The notes under the pieces: generated by a model
Database searches by the model: none
What the model was told of the DNA's origin: nothing
What the model saw: the letters and a program-made list of their open reading frames with translations, nothing else
Position numbers and translations under genes: made by a program
Source of the DNA: an uncultured virus (IMG/VR IMGVR_UViG_3300033149_003138)
Taxonomy: Duplodnaviria; Heunggongvirae; Uroviricota; Caudoviricetes
Strand: one strand, 5' to 3'
Length of the DNA: 64,000 nucleotides
IMG/VR virus record: IMGVR_UViG_3300033149_003138
Shown here: piece by piece, positions 56,957 through 64,000 of the stretch
Layout: every line of letters starts with the position of its first letter
How positions within the stretch are numbered: the first letter of the stretch is position 1

Positions 56957-59187
56957 GGACGAAGATTCTGAAATGGTGATTGAGAAAAAAGATAAGAAAT
57001 CATTCACAGTTTACGCCCTTATCGTATTGGTTTTTGCCTGTTGCATGGGTGTTTTCTTTATACAAGTGGATGATTGGAACCGAGACCGAAACACCATTGT
57101 CTCTGACGGAGAAATTATATACATCTATGCTTTTAGAGAAGATGGTATCTCATACCTCTCCTTTACTCTTGAGGATGGAACCGCCTTCTATGGAAGAGAG
57201 AAATATTATAATCATCTTCGTATAGGTGACTGTGTTCAAGTGGAAACTGCTTTCGGTCAAATACGTTCTGTTAGGCTGTTAAAGGAGGGAGATTAATTGA
57301 GTATGGTAAATCCTAAAGTTGAGGTCTTCTTCAAGAAAAGCAGACGCATCCATGACAAAACCTTCTCCATGATTGATGTCAGGATAGAGAAGGAGGGTCA
57401 GGAACCAGTAGAGAACCTTGTTGATCTCATCCAGATAGAAGGTAATGCTTATCCACCACTTCACATCGACTGTTACCGAAATGGTTGGTACAGGTTTTGG
57501 AATATCAAGGATGCTTCTTTCGTCGGCAGTGTCTTGGTGGTGACCCCCAAGGGGGCTTCTTAACATATGGGCATCCTGTGTAGGGTTTTCGGTCATATTT
57601 GGGATGAAGCACCAGATGGAAAAATGAGGTGTAAACGCTGTGATGCTTATGAAGACTACCCCTATCTTGTCTATAGGCTAAAGAGAGGAGTAGGGGAAAC
57701 GGAGTGTGCTATGCTCCTAACTATATTGGTCACCCTTTTCTTCATAGGGTTCAGTGTGCTGGTAACCTTTCTAGTGGATATAGGAATGGGGAAATGAGAT
57801 GCAAACCATCTACTATAATGGATACAAAACACTTCTGATAGAGACCCGTGATGTCAAGTTGTTGCAGTCAGTAGAACCATCTCCTGAGAAAACAGAGGTC
57901 TATGAGGCTATTGCCAATGCAAGGCATCAGGGCATTGAAAGGATTCTGATACCGACGAAGAAAGTTTTTTCATCTTTCGATAATTTTCTCAAACATGCTG
58001 TCCTCAGTTTTGAGATACGGTTTTGTTACATGGGCATAATAAGCGGTTCGGATAATCAGGAGAGTGATACAAGTTGAATCAGAACATCCCTTTGTTAGCC
58101 GTCTGTCAGGCACTCTGCATGATGGTTGATGACTGTGTAGATCAGATGGAGAAGACGCTTAAGAAACTCCGTCAATCAGAGTCGTTGTTGGACTCCTTTG
58201 ATCGTCTAAACCGTCTGGGTGAGTCTCCTGAAGGTCTACCAAAGGTCGTTCTTGAGGCAATGGTCGAGCCTTATGACTCTATAGAACTTGAGCAGTTATT
58301 GTCCTTCGTGGAGGAGGTAATAAAACCAAAGCAAGAATAGTGGTTCATCTTGGTTGTGCAGTCAAAGCTGAAGGAGGGAACAGGTGACAAGTCCAATGAA
58401 TGTCGATACTGTGTGTACGGGATACAGAAGAAGACTCGATACGGCTGTGCCCCTTCACAGGATGCAGGTTTCTTCAGGTGCCCTAACTGTGGCTACTGTA
58501 ACAGCTTCAAACCAATAACAGATGACTACGCTGAAACAGAGTTTGACCTGATGGAACCAGATGACCCAGAATACCCACTCGTAAAAACCACTTTCAATAG
58601 ATGGAAATGGAGGAAGAATGTTGAGTAGGAGAAGCGACTTCAGGCTGATCGGGGGATTAATCCTATTCACTGTGGGGCTATCCTCAATCCTTTACGGTCT
58701 CTCAGAAAACACGGACTACATATTATATGGCGCGGTAGTCTTAGCTGTTAGTTACCTGATTCTACCCCCAGAAGAACATGAGATACCGTTCAACCCTGAG
58801 ATAGACTTCTTGATGAGGATTATCACGGATAACTACACAAGACAGGGTTCCCTGTCGATGAGGGATGAGGAAGACAGAGACATCCTGAAAATAGACTTTG
58901 AGCCTCCCCACCCACCAGAGGAGAATAACCATCATGAATCATCAACAGATTAACAATCTGAAGGTAGGTGCTACCTATGAACTTCAGGAAGAATATACGT
59001 ATAAAATCGACTTCTTAGGAGACAAATCACCAGTAATCCCTAAAGGCACCCAAATGAAATATCTGCACTCTGTACTTAATGGATATGTATTTGGGTTCGA
59101 TAAAGTCTTTGAAAGCCCTCTTGGATTAGAATGCACCTTTGGTAGATCAAGGCTACTGAAAATGAAACTCAAGGAGGTTGAATCCTG

Positions 59188-59529
59188 ATGCCTGTCGATT
59201 TCGTATTGAAACGACGCTTGAAGGGCTTCGAGGAATACGGTGATCTCTATGAAGCCATAAAATCGGGTAGAAAGAAGGTAGAGTATCGAGATGCAACAAA
59301 TCACTGGATGGTTAGGCTCCTATCAGAAAAGGGCATACTATTCAAAAACTTCTACAAAGGTAGATCGATGGAGTTTACGGGAAGCTATCTTAAACATGAT
59401 ACAGCCGTCTTCAGGGTTGGATATACCAAGTACCCAAGACTCGTTGCAGACATAACAAAGATCGTCTTCAACTATGACTCAAAACAGTATGAAGTACACA
59501 TTGATAACGTAAGGGAGGAAACCCAATGA
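59188..59529 (+). CDS. ASCH domain protein
   Basis: YEAIKSGRKKVEYRD...FRVGY. Confidence 0.7.
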   Translation: MPVDFVLKRRLKGFEEYGDLYEAIKSGRKKVEYRDATNHWMVRLLSEKGILFKNFYKGRSMEFTGSYLKHDTAVFRVGYTKYPRLVADITKIVFNYDSKQYEVHIDNVREETQ

Positions 59530-60513
59530 GATGCCCCGTATGTGGAGCCAATATCGAGGTGACGGAGTTTAAAGATGGAACCATCCTTATTCGTAAAGAC
59601 TGTCTATGTGAAGTTTCCACCGATTCTAAAGAAGTGAGGAAAACATGTTAAAAACAGGTAATCCTTGTAAAAAATGCGGAAGCACTAACACAGTCGTTTG
59701 TGTTGGCGGTTTCGCTATGTCGGTTAGTGGGTCTGGTACTTCTCCTAAACTCACGGCTGTTTTGACCTGTTTTGATTGCGGTGAAAAAGAATCAGAATCC
59801 ATTGATTCAGATAAAGTGAGGGAGGAAGAAATATGAAGGTAACGATAGAGGTATATATAGAAAAAGAAGAGTTTGGATATAGGGCTACAATCGGTCTGAA
59901 CTCAGCATTTGGAGCAACAATAAACGAAGCACTACATAGGGCTGTAGATCAAGCGTTCCCAGGGAGAGGTCTTCATGAGTTGCCCCCGTTGTGGAACCCA
60001 TCTTGAAAACTACAACAATCAGGAAGGTGGGTGGTGCCCTGACTGTGAAGAATGGTTCCCACCTGATATTATAGAGGAAGTAATGGAGGAAGAAGATCAT
60101 GTGTAGGGGCTGTTTCTTTGTTAAAATAGATATTCCCAGTGGTGGGGATATTGATGGGTGTTACAAGAAGTTGATCATCGAGGATTTAGTCAGAGAGGCT
60201 ATGATGCACATTGTTGGGCATCAATCCCGTTCTTATGACGTGATGGGTTCTGTACAGGATTTGATGCCCACGGATGACGAATCCTGCTTTGAAGGGATAC
60301 CTGATTACGAGGGTCTATCCTACAAAGAGGCTAACAGTAGGTTCTGGGATGATAGGGAAAAGGCTCATCAAGAATTTACTGAGAAAATGAAGCCTATCGT
60401 AGAAAAGAGAGTCTGGACTAAATTAGAGGATTATGGCTGGAAGATTCTTCGTGTAAATAACTGTATGCAGATTCGCTGGACTAACACTAAATACAAAAAG
60501 AGGGTGCCTAAAA

Positions 60514-61173
60514 CTGGTTGACATCGGCTACAGTACTCTGGGTGATCTCATCAACGCTATCGGGATTATTGGTGATGACTGGGACATTCCAATCAAAGAC
60601 TATTCTGCACCTGATATTGAAGTCACCCTAGAGATCACAAACGAGTGTATTCACGCCTGTCCCTTTTGCAGTACCAATTCAGTCATGCCCTGTTATGGAG
60701 TACAGATACCCCTCAACAAACTATTAACCTTTGTACACTTCATAGCCAATAAATTCAACATAACAAGGATCAACATATCTGGTGGTGAACCTCTTCTTCA
60801 CCCTGAGATCGGTCACATAATCATCCAGTGCATGAGTTACGTAGAACATGATAAAATATGGCTTTACTCAAACCTTATCAAGAATCTGATATTCAATGCC
60901 TATGTAATGGAAGAGTTTGGAGAGATTCATGCAAACGTAATTCTGGGTGCAGGTCTAGATATACACGTTCCCTCCAAGAAAGTTGATATGATCCATTTCC
61001 TGAAGCTGGTGCCACACGGTAGAGCAGAAGAATGGAAAACAGTTCCCATGAAGGTCTCAGGGAACTTCGAGGTAAGCGAACATGATTGTACCGCCTGCAG
61101 TCACGTCCTCCTTCAAGCAGACGGGAAAATTGTTGATGCTCCCTGTAAAAAATCATATGGTGAAACAAAATGA
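60514..61173 (+). CDS. Radical SAM protein (probable CTG start)
   Basis: EVTLEITNECIHACPFC lies upstream of the track's ATG in the same open frame; ISGGEPLLHP. Confidence 0.75.
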   Translation: MVDIGYSTLGDLINAIGIIGDDWDIPIKDYSAPDIEVTLEITNECIHACPFCSTNSVMPCYGVQIPLNKLLTFVHFIANKFNITRINISGGEPLLHPEIGHIIIQCMSYVEHDKIWLYSNLIKNLIFNAYVMEEFGEIHANVILGAGLDIHVPSKKVDMIHFLKLVPHGRAEEWKTVPMKVSGNFEVSEHDCTACSHVLLQADGKIVDAPCKKSYGETK

Positions 61174-62089
61174 GTCTTAACTACGAAGAAGCTGTTAGGA
61201 TGATCCGTGAATCGAATCTGAAGAGGCTGTCAGAGAAAGAGAGGCAAAAATACATCGATGACGGTCAATTCGTTGTATTAGAGTCCCTGTCGCATAACAT
61301 GGGAACCTTACACACAACCATTCGTAAAGTATTCTGTCCTTTATGTGGAGATGGATTCAATCAGAAAGGGAAATTCGGGTGTTTTGGTGGATTCTATACA
61401 CCAAATACCTGTGGTAACTGTGGGTTCCCAATCAAAAAGACCCTAGAGGAAAAACAAGATGAGCAACATGATTAGAGTTGGAGATAAGACTTTGACTTTT
61501 GAGGAGGCAAAGGAGGTTGACAGGTTCATGCTTCGATATAACATATTGAGGGCTTGGGGCTGGTCTCACAGCAAGGCTATCAAGAAAGCCCAAGAAATAG
61601 GAGACAAGAGAAAATGAGTGAACTTGATGAGGCTCTGAATTACGTGCCCCTCAACGATGAGGGCACCGACGTTGTTTGCCGTCACGGGTCTAGATGGATT
61701 TACTGGATTCAAGAAAGTAAATGGGTTGACGTTGTTAGGCGTTCTGACTGTGAATGCCCTGACCCTCCACGCCCTGAGATAATCAAACAGGTTGCCGTTG
61801 ACGCTGACAACATCGAGAAATATGCACCGTTCTGGGTCAGAAGCATCTTCAGTAACATGAAGGAACTTTTCGATAAATACGAGGTGCTTGTAGGTGAAGT
61901 CGGTGAACTTCAGCACACTGAACCTATAGAAGAGGAAGATAAGACTGGTGACTGGTTTTATGATCCAGATGATCTTGCTAAATACATAAAGGATGAGCAA
62001 AAGTACATCGATAACCTCATCCAGCTTCTCGTAAGAGAAACAAGCATCCAGTCTTGTGATCTACCTGTTAAACCAAGGAGGCTTATCTA

Positions 62090-62482
62090 ATGAGCAAACC
62101 CACCCAAAAGGAACTCATCAAGTTCAGAACTGATGAGAAGATTAGGCTCGAAAAAGAACGCCACAGGCTGTCAATGCTGGAGATGCAGACTGAACATAAA
62201 CAGTATATCGAGGAACAGCAAATAGAGATAGAAAATTCCATAATATCCTTCAATAAAGAGTTGGAGAGACTTAAACATGAGTTAGAACTTGTAGAGAAAC
62301 AGATGGAACTGACAAACGCACAGACCGAACTAGCAATCCAGTCTCAACAAGCATACGAAGCAATGAAAGATGCTAACATCAACCCTCAGCCTTTCGATGA
62401 GGAACGGTTTGTCGAGATTTTCCTTAAAAAAATGATGGAACTCGATGAACTGAAGAAAAAAAACAAACATATTGGAGGCTGA
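62090..62482 (+). CDS. Coiled-coil protein
   Basis: E/K/Q-rich heptads. Confidence 0.55.
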   Translation: MSKPTQKELIKFRTDEKIRLEKERHRLSMLEMQTEHKQYIEEQQIEIENSIISFNKELERLKHELELVEKQMELTNAQTELAIQSQQAYEAMKDANINPQPFDEERFVEIFLKKMMELDELKKKNKHIGG

Positions 62483-62530
62483 CTAAAAACGTCTCTAAAT
62501 TCAGGTGGAGGAAATAAGCACATCCAGCTT

Positions 62531-63013
62531 GTGAAATCTGCCTCTCACCACGTTATTGAGACCTTCAACTTAGATAAGATGGAGGTTGGGTACGAGGAAC
62601 GCGGTCTCGATGTTGACATACATATGAGGATGGGTCTTGGTGGTAGTGGCTACACTAATGCAAGGTTCAGTTTCAGACCTGACATGGTTGTATGCACCTT
62701 CAAGAAGAGAGATGATAAATTGCGTTTTAGTGATAGAAAATGGGAGAAGTTTGAGGATAGTAATTGGATCGTCTTCGAGGCTGAGACCAACCCACGTAAC
62801 ATATTCAACAATCTTCTGAAGATGACGGCATACGAGACGATCAGGGCAAAGCCTCAGCTTGGTCGTGTAGCCTATGCCTTTGTCCTTCTCACGTTCACTA
62901 AATATGAAAAATTCTTGGCGAAACGAAGCATTGACCCTTTTGATGAGGCATGGCTTTTCAATGAGGAAAACATGCAGTCAGAGCCAAAGATAATACGGGA
63001 TGATACAATATGA
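62531..63013 (+). CDS. PD-(D/E)XK-like nuclease
   Basis: FRPDMVV...IVFEAET. Confidence 0.45.
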   Translation: MKSASHHVIETFNLDKMEVGYEERGLDVDIHMRMGLGGSGYTNARFSFRPDMVVCTFKKRDDKLRFSDRKWEKFEDSNWIVFEAETNPRNIFNNLLKMTAYETIRAKPQLGRVAYAFVLLTFTKYEKFLAKRSIDPFDEAWLFNEENMQSEPKIIRDDTI

Positions 63014-63474
63014 ATCAACCTGTGTTTTTGACCCTGCAACTGCTTGGCATCCTTTTCATCACAGTAACGGTTCACGAGTTAGCCCACTACTTTGCCTGTA
63101 GACACTATGGCATACTCAGGGGCTATGGTATCTGGAAGGGAAACCCGACAATAGACAACTCCGACTATAATGCTGTTGTGGTCTTGGTTGGATTTCTCTC
63201 TTCAATTCCAATGTATCCCTTAATGTGGCTGGTGCCCATTTATGGATGGAGAGTCCCATTCTCCTACTGGATCATATACTGGGCAATCGCATCTGGATAT
63301 GACCTGTACCAGTTCTTCAAACACTCGATTCTAGGCATACCATACATGGATGAAACATACCCTGTAGGCGAATTGGGGGGGTGGTGGTTATACATACCAT
63401 ACAAGGAAGGTGGTTTATCTCTGTTTAAAGAACCACATCATCCCGTCCGTCAATACGGAGGGCAAATGGAGTGA
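63010..63474 (+). CDS. Membrane zinc metalloprotease-like protein (HExxH, M50-like)
   Basis: TVHELAHY within a hydrophobic segment; SGYD downstream. Confidence 0.6.
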   Translation: MNQPVFLTLQLLGILFITVTVHELAHYFACRHYGILRGYGIWKGNPTIDNSDYNAVVVLVGFLSSIPMYPLMWLVPIYGWRVPFSYWIIYWAIASGYDLYQFFKHSILGIPYMDETYPVGELGGWWLYIPYKEGGLSLFKEPHHPVRQYGGQME

Positions 63475-63594
63475 ATATCTGTTTTACTTGTGCTAAGAAT
63501 GAAACTAAGTGCAAGACGTTTCTATATAGAAAATGGTATGCTTACATGAGGGAATCTTGTACCCTATACTTCCAGAAAGAGGGAGAGTCGAAGG

Positions 63595-64000
63595 ATGGTA
63601 TTTCCTAAACATTATGTAGGTCGCTATCCTAAGCTCGCCAAACATCTGAGTGAAAACGGGTTCATAGTTTACTCAATGGAAATGGTGTCGCGGGAGATAG
63701 TTCACCCAAAGAACTATGTTGTTGATGTGGTTGCAGTTAAATCAAATGAGATATGGGCTTTTGAGTATAAAAGTTTCAATGACCCTGTAAAAAAAGCTAA
63801 GTTACAAGTGGAAAATTATGTAAAATGTTTTGATCGTGTAGTAGTCGTGGCTGAAAATTTAACCGCTTTAACACGGCATAGAGAGTTTTTCCGTGAACTT
63901 GGGGTTGGGGTATGGTGGGTTAAAGATAATGTCTTTGAAGTTCTTGATGAGCCACAGCTTCAGAATCCTACTCTCTTAAAAAAACCTAACTTTTATCATA
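63595..64000 (+). CDS. PD-(D/E)XK nuclease-like protein (3'-truncated)
   Basis: VVDVVAVK...WAFEYKS...QVENY..CFDRVVVV; open to the window end. Confidence 0.65.
   Translation, partial: MVFPKHYVGRYPKLAKHLSENGFIVYSMEMVSREIVHPKNYVVDVVAVKSNEIWAFEYKSFNDPVKKAKLQVENYVKCFDRVVVVAENLTALTRHREFFRELGVGVWWVKDNVFEVLDEPQLQNPTLLKKPNFYH

Noticed and set aside
305..63075. Most minus-strand ORFs in the track (e.g. 12894-13436, 49382-49915, 61566-62000)
   Set aside because: They are antisense shadows of well-supported + strand genes and have no recognisable motifs.
1..64000. Borg-type perfect tandem repeat arrays
   Set aside because: No long perfect tandem nucleotide repeats were seen, only short low-complexity linkers (poly-Pro at ~11985, DTTE at ~30910).

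Overview
Gene-dense 64-kb segment with almost every gene on the + strand. It is most consistent with a large archaeal virus or extrachromosomal element: TATA/BRE-like promoters sit very close to start codons, there are GGAGG/GTGAT Shine-Dalgarno elements, many small Zn-finger and membrane ORFs, and no housekeeping genes. I recognised no capsid, terminase or polymerase gene, so the element type is inferred. Main observations: (1) 17 mostly unrelated, basic proteins share one ~28-aa N-terminal leader (MG[RK]KRKSPxxHTVHTKHPRYNVPxYxRG, the 'HPRY leader'). They are driven by a dedicated repeated promoter (GATAATCTCTTATAGTTTTGGTGCCTTCATCTC), and promoter+leader cassettes show signs of duplication and shuffling. 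This is a candidate sorting/packaging tag for a variable cargo arsenal. (2) A DNA methyltransferase gene contains a 699-bp insert that stays open in the MTase frame while encoding a Zn-finger/HNH endonuclease in a second frame. (3) A ~270-nt structured non-coding RNA candidate. (4) A dispersed 17-bp palindrome TGAT[AT]CA-N3-TG[TA]ATCA that repeatedly sits on gene junctions with the start codon in a fixed register. Also present: a glycosyltransferase/methyltransferase/radical-SAM cluster, two ART-like genes near a Toprim protein, ParB-type HTH proteins, a HerA-like ATPase, ASCH proteins and PD-(D/E)XK nucleases. All protein calls come from motif reading by eye; no database searches were run.
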